Virus record (IMG/VR): IMGVR_UViG_3300007512_000086
Location: 1 to 40,416 of that record
From: a virus
Taxonomy: Duplodnaviria; Caudoviricetes
Reading direction: 5' to 3' (one strand)
DNA length: 40,416 bases
The notes beneath the pieces are model-generated. The model was not told the DNA's origin. It was given only the letters and a program-made list of their open reading frames with translations, and ran no database searches. Positions 9,701 to 16,682 of the stretch are shown piece after piece; position 1 is the stretch's first letter; the number at the start of each line of letters is the position of its first letter. A program made the position numbers and the translations under genes.

Positions 9701-11602
9701 TCCATCTGTTCCACTTGAACCACTTGAACCACTTGAACCAGAAGAACCACTTGTTCCATCTGTTCCACTTGAACCAGAACTTCCAGAAGAACCACTTGTA
9801 CCATCAGTTCCATCAGTTCCACTTGTTCCAGCGGCACCTGTATCACCTTTATCACCAGTTCTAGCAAAGGTTACAATTAAATCATCATCATTTGCGAATG
9901 GTGAAGCAGTATTACCAGATACATGAGCAACAGTAACTTGAAAATAACCAGTTTCTTCTGATAAAGCTGATATAGTAAATAATAAAAATACATCAGTATT
10001 AAATTTTTTCGATATTTTTACATGACCTTTTATAGTAGATGTACTATCATCTATTGTACGTAGATAACTTTGAATATCTGTAGAATCTTTGTCACTATCA
10101 TCTATCGCGATTATGGTAGCAGAAGATTGTGTAGAATGATTAAGTCTTAACGCACCAGTTCCAGGGTCTTGCATCGTAGTAGCTGTAGCAAAATCATATT
10201 CAAATGAAGCACCACCAAAGTTTCCATCTTGTCCACTTGAACCAGAAGAACCACTTGTTCCATCAGTTCCACTTGTTCCATCAGTTCCACTACTTCCACT
10301 TGAACCTGACGAACCACTTGAACCACTTGACCCAGAAGAACCACTTGTTCCGTCTGTTCCACTTGAACCACTTGAACCACTTGAACCTGAAGAACCACTA
10401 CTTCCACTTGTTCCATCTGTTCCACTTGAACCAGAAGAACCACTTGTTCCATCAGTTCCACTTGAACCTGAAGAACCAGAAGAACCAGAAGAACCACTTG
10501 TTCCATCTGTACCACTTGTTCCGTCTGTTCCAGAACTTCCACTTGAACCACTTGAACCACTTGTTCCGTCTGTACCACTTGAACCACTTGTTCCACTTGA
10601 ACCTGAAGAACCAGAAGAACCACTACTTCCACTTGTTCCATCAGTTCCAGATGTACCATCGTCACCAGCTACACCTTCTAAATTTACAGACCATGACGCA
10701 ATAGTACCAGTACCAGTATTAGATATACTTTCACCAACCATTACTCCAGTACCAGAATTGTAACTGGTAACATCCATTAAAAATTGTTTTGTTGCATCAC
10801 CCGTTTTAGCTACAAGAGCATTTTGACCAGTACTCCAAGCTAAACCTGTACCAACCGTTATTGTTACTGTAGTTGGATGTGATGTTGGTATTGCTATACT
10901 TGTACTCGATGTTGTTACAAAAGTATCAGAAATACCACTGGTACCATCAGTTCCATCTGTTCCACTTGTTCCAGAAGAACCACTACTTCCACTTGAACCA
11001 CTTGAACCTGATGAACCAGAAGTTCCACTTGACCCAGAAGAACCACTTGTTCCATCAGTTCCAGATGTACCATCCGTTCCACTTGAACCACTGGAACCAG
11101 AAGAACCACTTGTTCCAGAAGAACCACTACTTCCACTTGAACCACTTGAACCACTTGAACCTGACGTTCCATCTGTACCAGAAGTTCCATCAGTTCCACT
11201 CGAACCACTTGAACCACTTGTTCCATCAGTTCCACTCGAACCACTTGTTCCACTTGTTCCGTCTGTACCAGAACTTCCAGAAGACCCAGAAGAACCACTT
11301 GTTCCATCTACACCACTTGTTCCATCTGTACCACTTGAACCACTTGTTCCATCAGTTCCACTTGACCCAGAACTGCCAGAAGTTCCATCAATTCCACTTG
11401 AGCCTGACGAGCCAGAACTTCCACTTGTTCCGTCTGTTCCAGACGTACCATCAGTTCCAGATGTACCATCTGTACCACTTGAACCAGAAGAACCACTTGA
11501 GCCAGATGAACCTGACGAACCACTTGAACCAGAACTTCCACTTGTTCCAGATAACGCGGCTATCGCATCTTCGTCTATTTGCTTTTTTTCTAATAATGCC
11601 AT
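3758..11602 (-). CDS. Giant Gly-X-X (Ser/Thr-rich, collagen-like) fibre protein with alternating repeated globular domains and a C-terminal peptidase S74-type intramolecular chaperone
   Basis: 2614-aa ORF. Long GSS/GTS/GTD runs and GDQ/GYQ runs; three copies each of two non-repetitive domains; C-terminal 'SSDERLKKDI...L..I..LRGVTY.W...GFIAQEV...L..AVKEL'. Confidence 0.85.
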   Translation of the reverse strand: MALLEKKQIDEDAIAALSGTSGSSGSSGSSGSSGSSGSSGSSGTDGTSGTDGTSGTDGTSGSSGSSGSSGIDGTSGSSGSSGTDGTSGSSGTDGTSGVDGTSGSSGSSGSSGTDGTSGTSGSSGTDGTSGSSGSSGTDGTSGTDGTSGSSGSSGSSGSSGSSGTSGSSGSSGSSGTDGTSGTDGTSGSSGSSGTSGSSGSSGSSGSSGSSGTSGTDGTDGTSGISDTFVTTSSTSIAIPTSHPTTVTITVGTGLAWSTGQNALVAKTGDATKQFLMDVTSYNSGTGVMVGESISNTGTGTIASWSVNLEGVAGDDGTSGTDGTSGSSGSSGSSGSSGTSGSSGTDGTSGSSGSSGSSGTDGTSGTDGTSGSSGSSGSSGSSGTDGTSGSSGSSGTDGTSGSSGSSGSSGSSGSSGTDGTSGSSGSSGSSGSSGSSGSSGTDGTSGTDGTSGSSGSSGQDGNFGGASFEYDFATATTMQDPGTGALRLNHSTQSSATIIAIDDSDKDSTDIQSYLRTIDDSTSTIKGHVKISKKFNTDVFLLFTISALSEETGYFQVTVAHVSGNTASPFANDDDLIVTFARTGDKGDTGAAGTSGTDGTDGTSGSSGSSGSSGTDGTSGSSGSSGSSGSSGTDGTSGSSGSSGSSGTDGTSGTDGTSGTDGTSGSSGSSGTSGSSGSSGSSGTDGTSGTDGTSGTDGTSGSSGSSGSSGSSGSSGSSGLTGDAYETTSSTSTAIPTSHPTTVTLTIGTGLQWTIGQTALVAKDNSNKFQGTVNSYNSGTGVIELASTSNTGSGTYASWEFNLGGVEGPAGTSGSSGSSGSSGTDGTSGSSGSSGTDGTSGSSGSSGSSGTSGTDGTSGSSGSSGSSGTDGTSGTDGTSGSSGSSGTDGTSGSSGSSGSSGSSGTDGTSGTDGTSGSSGSSGSSGSSGTDGTSGTSGSSGSSGTSGSSGSSGSSGTSGSSGTDGTSGSSGSSGSSGTSGSSGTDGTSGSSGSSGSSGTSGTDGTSGTDGTSGSSGSSGSSGSSGSSGTDGTSGSSGSSGSSGSSGSSGQDGNFGGASFLYDFSTTTTNSDPGSGKLRLDNATQNSATGIYIDDNDIDGTDIQSYLRTIDDSTSTIKGHVKISKKFDTSKFILATISSLSEETGYFDITISVVDSNEATPFADGDDILVTFARTGDKGEDGTSGSSGSSGSSGSSGTDGTSGSSGSSGSSGTSGTDGTSGSSGSSGSSGTSGTDGTSGSSGSSGTDGTSGTDGTSGTDGTSGSSGSSGTSGSSGSSGSSGSSGSSGTSGSSGTDGTSGSSGSSGSSGSSGSSGTDGTSGVSDKFSTTSSTSTTIPTSHPTSVTITIGTGLSWTTGQSALIAYDNSNKFVGEVTAYNSGNGSFSVDSTSHTGSGTYTSWEINLEGAPGVAGTSGSSGTSGSSGSSGSSGTSGSSGTDGTSGSSGSSGSSGTSGTDGTSGSSGSSGSSGTDGTSGVDGTSGSSGSSGTSGSSGSSGTSGSSGTDGTSGVDGTSGSSGSSGSSGTSGTDGTSGSSGSSGSSGSSGTSGTSGSSGSSGSSGTDGTSGTDGTSGSSGSSGSSGSSGVSGTSGSSGSSGSSGSSGSSGTDGTSGSSGSSGSSGSSGSSGTDGTSGSSGSSGSSGTSGSSGTSGSSGSSGSSGSSGSSGSSGSSGTSGSSGTSGSSGTSGSSGVDGNFGGASFYYTFESNTTNANPGAGDLRLDNATQNASTGIYICDTDENANDISSYLQTIDDSTSTIKGHVKISNKTDTSQFILWTISSLSDLTGYFDVTVSPVDSSASNPFSGGEDVVITFARTGDKGDSGTSGTDGTSGSSGSSGSSGSSGSSGTSGSSGTDGTSGSSGSSGSSGTSGSSGTSGSSGTDGTSGSSGSSGSSGSSGTDGTSGSSGSSGSSGSSGTSGSSGTSGSSGSSGTSGSSGSSGSSGSSGSSGSSGTSGSSGTDGTSGSSGSSGSSGTSGSSGTDGTSGSSGSSGSSGSSGTSGSSGTSGSSGSSGVDGDTGATGAQGDQGDVGATGAQGDQGHQGDQGYQGDQGNTGSTGSTGAKGDQGDTGATGASGTSGSSGSSGSSGSSGSSGSSGNSGTSGSSGSSGSSGSSGSSGVTVSGTSGSSGSSGSSGSSGSSGTTVSGTSGSSGSSGNSGTSGSSGSSGAQGDQGYQGHQGDQGYQGDQGDQGDQGYQGNQGNQGDVGAKGDQGDIGATGAGGTSGSSGSSGSSGSSGSSGSSGSSGSSGTSGSSGSSGSSGTSGSSGSSGSSGSSGTSGTSGSSGSSGSSGTTVSGTSGSSGSTGAKGDQGDQGHQGDQGHQGDQGDQGDQGYQGNQGNQGDVGAQGDQGNTGSTGAGGTSGSSGSSGVISLATDANNRVITSDGDGTGTAEATFTYDTSAGLRIGDFARSGNSTYISMSDTVGNIELSTVGVGSIGDAKGFSLGTYLSVDDVNEVARLQSEGTIFIGDDDWVGYGNGTHIEVNDTNQQISMSATLGVYVSTLSTGAAIDVGADKNGKLQLHSSDERLKKDIFEISQSLDTIKGLRGVTYKWKTPDEGNARNNALDTKTYYGFIAQEVTSSDAHGITFTDREGFLGLNLSQVIPILVNAVKELEERVTELENK
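4520..11570. repeat. Degenerate 9-bp tandem repeat arrays (e.g. CCACTTGAA, CCACTTGTT, CCAGAAGAA, CCATCAGTT; CCTTGGTCT in the GDQ part)
   Basis: Visible directly. The arrays encode G-X-X tripeptides and are interrupted by six unique-sequence blocks. Confidence 0.95.
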
Positions 11603-11622
11603 ATTTTATTCCAAATCTTAAC

Positions 11623-11630
11623 TATAAATA
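11623..11630 (-). promoter_or_regulatory. Putative late promoter motif upstream of the giant fibre gene
   Basis: GATATTTATA on the coding strand, 20 nt before the ATG. Confidence 0.65.
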
Positions 11631-11631
11631 T

Positions 11632-12585
11632 CTAAACATTAAATTTACCATGTGCAACTATCTCATCATCTGCATCAAATTCCATCTCTAAACTACTACT
11701 ATCTATGTATAACTTAAAATTTGAATCTTCTTGTCTTATTGTACAAGCATAATGTTCAATATATTGACCATTGATAAAAAATATAAAATCTTGTAAATTT
11801 GTCTGTTCCATTCCACTTGGTGCAGACGCCGTAACCGCTGTAAATGACGCGGTTGATGGAGCAGTAACCAAATTAGCTTGATATGTACCCTTTGTTCTAA
11901 TATAATGAAATAAAGACTCGGATACATATGTCATTGATACTGCCGCACTTCCAGTTGTAGGTGTACCTGGTAAACCAAGTGGTTCACCACCTTCAAAAGT
12001 TAAATTAGCATCTGTTAACATAGTAGAAGAAGACATATTAGTTTGTGTAGCTCCAAGAAACTCAGAACCTGTAGCTCCACCTATTGTTTGTAACGTACCA
12101 GTTCCATTATCAACCATCCACTTCACTTCTGATTCATTCCATAATATTCTAGCATCAGTTGCACCATTACGACCAACTTTCAATCCAGCATCAGCTCCGG
12201 CTAACGCTGTAGAACCACTATAATTTAAATCAAGTATTGGGTCTTCTACTCTAAAAGTTTCTGTGTTTTGTATTGATTGACTTCCCTCAACAATCAAATC
12301 ACCATAAATTTTAACACTACCACTATCATAACCATCTACGAGTAACTGTATAGCTGGGTCTTCTAATGAATTTTTAATTATATTATTATATAATTTAACA
12401 TATCCTGCTGATAATGTATTTCCAGTACCAACATCTAAACTACCAGTTCCAAGTAGGTTCAGACCAACCTGGCCCCATTGTAATGTTGGTAATCCAGTAT
12501 CAGAACTTGTTAATTCTGATGATTGTAAAATCCTACTTTGTGAAGTAGGTGGTTTTAATTGTCGTAACGGGTCTATGAGTGGCAT
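11632..12585 (-). CDS. Virion structural protein, fibre- or neck-associated
   Basis: 317 aa; the 'GDLIVEG...VEDPILDLN...AGL.V.R...A.ILWNE...W' segment resembles phage fibre proteins; AGGAG SD. Confidence 0.65.
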   Translation of the reverse strand: MPLIDPLRQLKPPTSQSRILQSSELTSSDTGLPTLQWGQVGLNLLGTGSLDVGTGNTLSAGYVKLYNNIIKNSLEDPAIQLLVDGYDSGSVKIYGDLIVEGSQSIQNTETFRVEDPILDLNYSGSTALAGADAGLKVGRNGATDARILWNESEVKWMVDNGTGTLQTIGGATGSEFLGATQTNMSSSTMLTDANLTFEGGEPLGLPGTPTTGSAAVSMTYVSESLFHYIRTKGTYQANLVTAPSTASFTAVTASAPSGMEQTNLQDFIFFINGQYIEHYACTIRQEDSNFKLYIDSSSLEMEFDADDEIVAHGKFNV

Positions 12586-13140
12586 CTAACTTGTCTCCTG
12601 TTGATATTTTAGAGAAATTGTATCTTCGTCATTTAAATCTATTCCTAACAATACTCTATCTCCAGCTATTTTATTGGTATCTTCAACGTATAGCTTTTTA
12701 ATTCTTATTTTCTTATAAGTAGAATCTAAATAAGCTTCTACTTTATTTGTGTTACTTTGGTCTGTAGAACCAGACATAGTTCTCAAATCATATCCATTAA
12801 CTCTGACCTTCAAAGTTCCACTTTTAATTTTTCTTTTATCACCTAATTGAGTTGGATGAAATTCTTGATATTCAGAAGTAGATGATGTCATATGTTGTAA
12901 TCCAAAATTTTCTTGAATTGTCCACATACTATCTACAAACTCACGACTACAAATATCGGTAGAATACTCTGGACTTCCCTTAACAAGATTCATACTAAAT
13001 CCATTCTCTCTACCAGCGTTATCATGAAATTTTAAAACATCAGAACCAAACGTAGATTCGGAAATTGGTGTTAAAAAATCACGCGTTGTTCCTATATATC
13101 CTTCTACTTGTCTAATAGCTCCATTACGTATTCCAGCCAT
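12586..13140 (-). CDS. Putative structural protein, paralogue of 13141..13635
   Basis: 184 aa; shares KIKxGT...VNG...TDQxN...KLY...YQQE with its neighbour; AGGAG SD. Confidence 0.7.
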   Translation of the reverse strand: MAGIRNGAIRQVEGYIGTTRDFLTPISESTFGSDVLKFHDNAGRENGFSMNLVKGSPEYSTDICSREFVDSMWTIQENFGLQHMTSSTSEYQEFHPTQLGDKRKIKSGTLKVRVNGYDLRTMSGSTDQSNTNKVEAYLDSTYKKIRIKKLYVEDTNKIAGDRVLLGIDLNDEDTISLKYQQETS

Positions 13141-13635
13141 TTAAATCTTCTCCTGTTGATAAGATATATTTACCAAATCGCCACTATCAAGATTCATTCC
13201 ATTTCCATTAGTATATAATTTTCTAACACATACTTGTGTTGCTGAAGCACTCATATAAAAATCAATACCACCACTATTTATTTGGTCTGTATTTGATATC
13301 ATATTAACTCCATTGACATTACACTCTATCGTACCATTTTTAATTTTATATCCACTATCTATAGTTACATTAAAAACTTGAGAATTAGTAGATGCATCTA
13401 TTGATGATGAACCATTACCATTGAAATGATTTTGTACTCTATAGTAGTTTGTACCAACATAATTCAAATTTACCAAATCACTACCACTTACTTGCGAGCC
13501 ATCACCTCTCATAATAAATATCGTAGTTCCACCAAAAGTATTAGTAAATTCCAAATCTGTAGCTTGGTTTCCAGTTTGTGTTTCAGCTATTCGTATAAAA
13601 TCAGATACTCCGCCGAGTTGTTTATTAATTGACAT
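13141..13635 (-). CDS. Putative structural protein, paralogue of 12586..13140
   Basis: 164 aa; same shared motifs; AGGAG SD. Confidence 0.7.
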   Translation of the reverse strand: MSINKQLGGVSDFIRIAETQTGNQATDLEFTNTFGGTTIFIMRGDGSQVSGSDLVNLNYVGTNYYRVQNHFNGNGSSSIDASTNSQVFNVTIDSGYKIKNGTIECNVNGVNMISNTDQINSGGIDFYMSASATQVCVRKLYTNGNGMNLDSGDLVNISYQQEKI

Positions 13636-13644
13636 TAAATTCTC

Positions 13645-14433
13645 CTACTCGATGACTTCTGTCATTGTCACTGCTTTTGGTGTAAAATATTTTCTTGTTA
13701 GTATAGCTTTATTAATACTATCTGGTACTAAATATCCTTTAACAGTTAAACTAAAGGTACTTCTAACAATTCTTTCTCTATCTGCTAATTCTGTAGCATC
13801 CTCGTATGAGTCTATATTGACCCTAAATTTAAACTTTCCTGGTTCTCCCCAATATGAACCTTCAGACCAGTTAACCTTTTCTATTATTTCATTCATATGT
13901 TCAGTATAACTTGTCCATACAATAACATCATATGTCAATATCATATAATCAGGCATCGCAACTGAATGGTATTGTCTTGCTGGTTTAAGTCCATGTACTA
14001 CTGAAAATTTATCATACCTATTTTCTTTACTATATTGTCTTTCGAAGTGATAAAATAATTGTGGATTGTTAGCATCCATTTTATCTACTGCTAAACTATC
14101 ATCTTTAGTTACACTTGTTCTTTTAAATGTTATTACTGGAAGAATAACTTGTTTTCTATTGTCTCTTATAACACCATCAACTTGAGCTGACTTCCACCTT
14201 TCTGCATTTGAATAAAGAACAGGAACTCTAGCTCGTTCTCCATTCTCATCAATAGTAGGTTTTATAACATCGGAAAAATAATACATAATAGCCGCATCAA
14301 CATCCATCAAACTAACACTTAAATCATTAGCTACATCCTTTTTTCTCGATAATTGTGTACCTCTATTCGCAGTTGGGCCCATACCTCTTTGTTTTTCTTG
14401 TACCTTTGGTATCGGTCTAAATCTTCCAGCCAT
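13645..14433 (-). CDS. Tail sheath stabiliser / tail terminator, T4 gp15-like
   Basis: 'VPVLY...ERW', 'LPVITF.R', 'P....L.Y.V.VWT...HMN.IIE' and 'F.L.VKGYL'; third gene of the neck cluster. Confidence 0.65.
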   Translation of the reverse strand: MAGRFRPIPKVQEKQRGMGPTANRGTQLSRKKDVANDLSVSLMDVDAAIMYYFSDVIKPTIDENGERARVPVLYSNAERWKSAQVDGVIRDNRKQVILPVITFKRTSVTKDDSLAVDKMDANNPQLFYHFERQYSKENRYDKFSVVHGLKPARQYHSVAMPDYMILTYDVIVWTSYTEHMNEIIEKVNWSEGSYWGEPGKFKFRVNIDSYEDATELADRERIVRSTFSLTVKGYLVPDSINKAILTRKYFTPKAVTMTEVIE

Positions 14434-14918
14434 TATATTCTCCTAACCCTTTCAATTTGTAATGTAGATGACCTAATTATATGTGCAGTACAATTAACCG
14501 ACCAATTTTGGTCATATTGTCCACCTATTAATTGGTTTTCATTAATACCATTAATTTCAAAGTGTGCATAATTCCACTCTACTATATCACCCAATTCTGG
14601 AACTAATTTCAAATCTGTCAATGTCTCTCTTAACATAAAAAATGTAGCATCTTGTAATGCATCAGCACCAAATTCATCTAAATTAAAATCTATATCCCCA
14701 CTTTCAATCATACAAGCAAATTCAACACCAGGTTTGTAAATTTTACCACCAGTAGATTCACCATACAAATTAGTAGACGTATGTTCTGCAGAAACTTTAA
14801 AGAGTTTTATTGTTTGATTTATTATACCATCTTTACTTAGACGTAAATCACCAACTAACTCTTTATTAAAAGTTTCAAAAGTCCTTAAATCATTTGCCGA
14901 ATTAAATCTTCCTGCCAT
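14433..14918 (-). CDS. Neck / head-closure protein, T4 gp14-like
   Basis: 'NLYGES...Y', 'P.LGDIV.W....FEI'; lies between the gp13-like and gp15-like genes. Confidence 0.6.
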   Translation of the reverse strand: MAGRFNSANDLRTFETFNKELVGDLRLSKDGIINQTIKLFKVSAEHTSTNLYGESTGGKIYKPGVEFACMIESGDIDFNLDEFGADALQDATFFMLRETLTDLKLVPELGDIVEWNYAHFEINGINENQLIGGQYDQNWSVNCTAHIIRSSTLQIERVRRI

Positions 14919-14922
14919 AACT

Positions 14923-16092
14923 CTATCCTATATAAATACTTAATGGAACTTTTTTCAAAATCTCTTGTGTCGCTTCAGCTTCAGCCGCTTCTTCCTGCAT
15001 TATCTCATCACCACCAGAAGAATCTAACATTTCTCTTAATTGTTCAACAAGAGTATTCTTTTCATCCGTAGCTTCTGAACGTAAAGTATCACCATCCAAT
15101 GTTGTTTCCGCACCTGGAATTGGTATAGTACCATATTTACTTCTTATAATTCCCAATAACTCTTTACATAGAGCTAATGTGTATTTTCTAATCCATTGTT
15201 TACCTGGGTCGTTAATATCTTTATAAGACATATTATCATATCGAATATTTGAGAAATCAGATTGTACTGCAGTCTGACCACCAGATGTATATTCATCTGT
15301 GACTTCATTTGATAATGTTTTCCACCTATCATCTTTTCTGATATATTGAAAATACATCTTAAATGTAGATGTAGGTATTGGAAAAACTCTCAATTTATTA
15401 TTAATTAATTCAAATGAATATGCCGATTTTCTTATTTGGTCATTAAATTCTATTGCTTGCATCTTTAATATATCAGCATAAACAGGCATTAATGTAAATT
15501 GAACACCAGGTGAATATTCACCCCAACCAAATGAATCAATAACATTATCAGTACCTTGTCCAGTTCCAGCATAAGGGTCAAAGTATCTCGAAACAGCTGG
15601 TGTAGCTTCATGAAATACTCTTTTAATCTCTATTGGTGAACTACTTTCAGAAACAATTGCCCAACTATCTAAATCGTAAGTTTGTTGACTAGCTGATGTT
15701 TCTATATACCCAGTTTTCCAATCAACTGAACCACCAACTCCAACTTCTGCTCCATATGCTTCTGATATAGTTATAGCTCTTCCTAAATCGGATACCACCG
15801 TATGTGTAAAATTAGAAGATGTTGGGGCTCCTTGTAATTTAAGAATATTTTCTCTTATATTAAATTGATTTACAATAGAAGAATATTCTGTTACCGCTTC
15901 CTCAAAACAAGCATACATTTGTGTACCTTGTAATTCCACGTCCATAATGGGATATCCAAGTCTTTTAGCACACCACTCTGCAGTTTGCACAGAATGAGTT
16001 ACATAAGTCACATCACTGGTATAAAAACCAAATGGAACATCTGTCGCGTCTGTATATGAACCACTTCCTGGCCATATTGGTTGAGTTGCCAT
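14923..16092 (-). CDS. Neck protein / head-tail adaptor, T4 gp13-like
   Basis: 'RLGYP..DVEL', 'WIRKYTLALCKE.LG..RSKY..IPIPG...TL.G..L'; first core gene after the capsid; AGGAG SD. Confidence 0.85.
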   Translation of the reverse strand: MATQPIWPGSGSYTDATDVPFGFYTSDVTYVTHSVQTAEWCAKRLGYPIMDVELQGTQMYACFEEAVTEYSSIVNQFNIRENILKLQGAPTSSNFTHTVVSDLGRAITISEAYGAEVGVGGSVDWKTGYIETSASQQTYDLDSWAIVSESSSPIEIKRVFHEATPAVSRYFDPYAGTGQGTDNVIDSFGWGEYSPGVQFTLMPVYADILKMQAIEFNDQIRKSAYSFELINNKLRVFPIPTSTFKMYFQYIRKDDRWKTLSNEVTDEYTSGGQTAVQSDFSNIRYDNMSYKDINDPGKQWIRKYTLALCKELLGIIRSKYGTIPIPGAETTLDGDTLRSEATDEKNTLVEQLREMLDSSGGDEIMQEEAAEAEATQEILKKVPLSIYIG

Positions 16093-16132
16093 ATTGTTCT
16101 CCTAATTTAATAAATGTACATTTTATATCAAT

Positions 16133-16140
16133 AATAAATA
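16133..16140 (-). promoter_or_regulatory. Putative late promoter motif (variant GATATTTATT) upstream of the neck operon
   Basis: Intergenic variant of the recurrent motif. Confidence 0.55.
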
Positions 16141-16168
16141 TCTTGCTATAAAAAAAGGGATAATATGT

Positions 16169-16594
16169 CTATAAAGAATTTTGAAAAAGATTTAAAGCTT
16201 CTCTTTTATCTCTTACTTCAATTCCATTAACTTGAAAACTTTTGCGTCCTGAATTATATAGAATATGTGGTATCTCTTTACCAATCATTATTCTATTATC
16301 CATATTTTTTTGTGGTGTAACCACTCTTAAATTAGATAAATTAGCATTTTCTCTATTTCTATCAATATGGTCTACTACCATTCCATTAGGTATCTCACCA
16401 TAAAAGGTTTCTGCAACTAATCTATGAACTGATTCTGTTAGTTGTACACCTTTTTCTAATCTTAGATTTAATCTTGGATATCCACATCTATCTAATCGAG
16501 TTCTCATAACTCGTTTAGTTTTAATATTACGCACATTTCCTCTATCAGAAATTTCATATCGTTTAAATTTTGGATGTTGTTTGTATGTTTCCAT
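16169..16594 (-). CDS. Free-standing NUMOD4-HNH homing endonuclease
   Basis: 'YEISDRGNVRN' (NUMOD4), 'VHRLVA..F' and 'VDHIDRNRENANLSNLR' (HNH). I moved the start to the Met at 16594 because the ORF-track extension overlaps the capsid terminator. Confidence 0.9.
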   Translation of the reverse strand: METYKQHPKFKRYEISDRGNVRNIKTKRVMRTRLDRCGYPRLNLRLEKGVQLTESVHRLVAETFYGEIPNGMVVDHIDRNRENANLSNLRVVTPQKNMDNRIMIGKEIPHILYNSGRKSFQVNGIEVRDKREALNLFQNSL

Positions 16595-16616
16595 ACATAT
16601 AAATATAACATAGTAC

Positions 16617-16653
16617 AAAAAAAGGGTAACCAAATAAATGATTACCCCTTTTT
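16617..16653 (-). terminator. Intrinsic terminator after the major capsid gene
   Basis: AAAAAAAGGGTAA...TTACCCCTTTTT inverted repeat with a U7 tract on the minus strand. Confidence 0.8.
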
Positions 16654-16682
16654 ATTTCATCAGTTCTAAATACTAACTACGA

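Noticed and set aside
4520-11570. Repeat arrays as a CRISPR array or DGR template
   Set aside because: The units are in-frame degenerate 9-mers without unique spacers of constant length. There are no cas or reverse transcriptase genes in the window.
4516-11691. Many long alternative-frame and antisense ORFs (VVQV-, PLEP- and HLN-rich)
   Set aside because: These are shadows of the 9-bp repeats, which lack stops in other frames. They have no SD or promoter and end at the unique domains.
14419-14918. Identical MAGRF N-termini in two adjacent neck genes
   Set aside because: Only five residues with no further similarity, too short to interpret.
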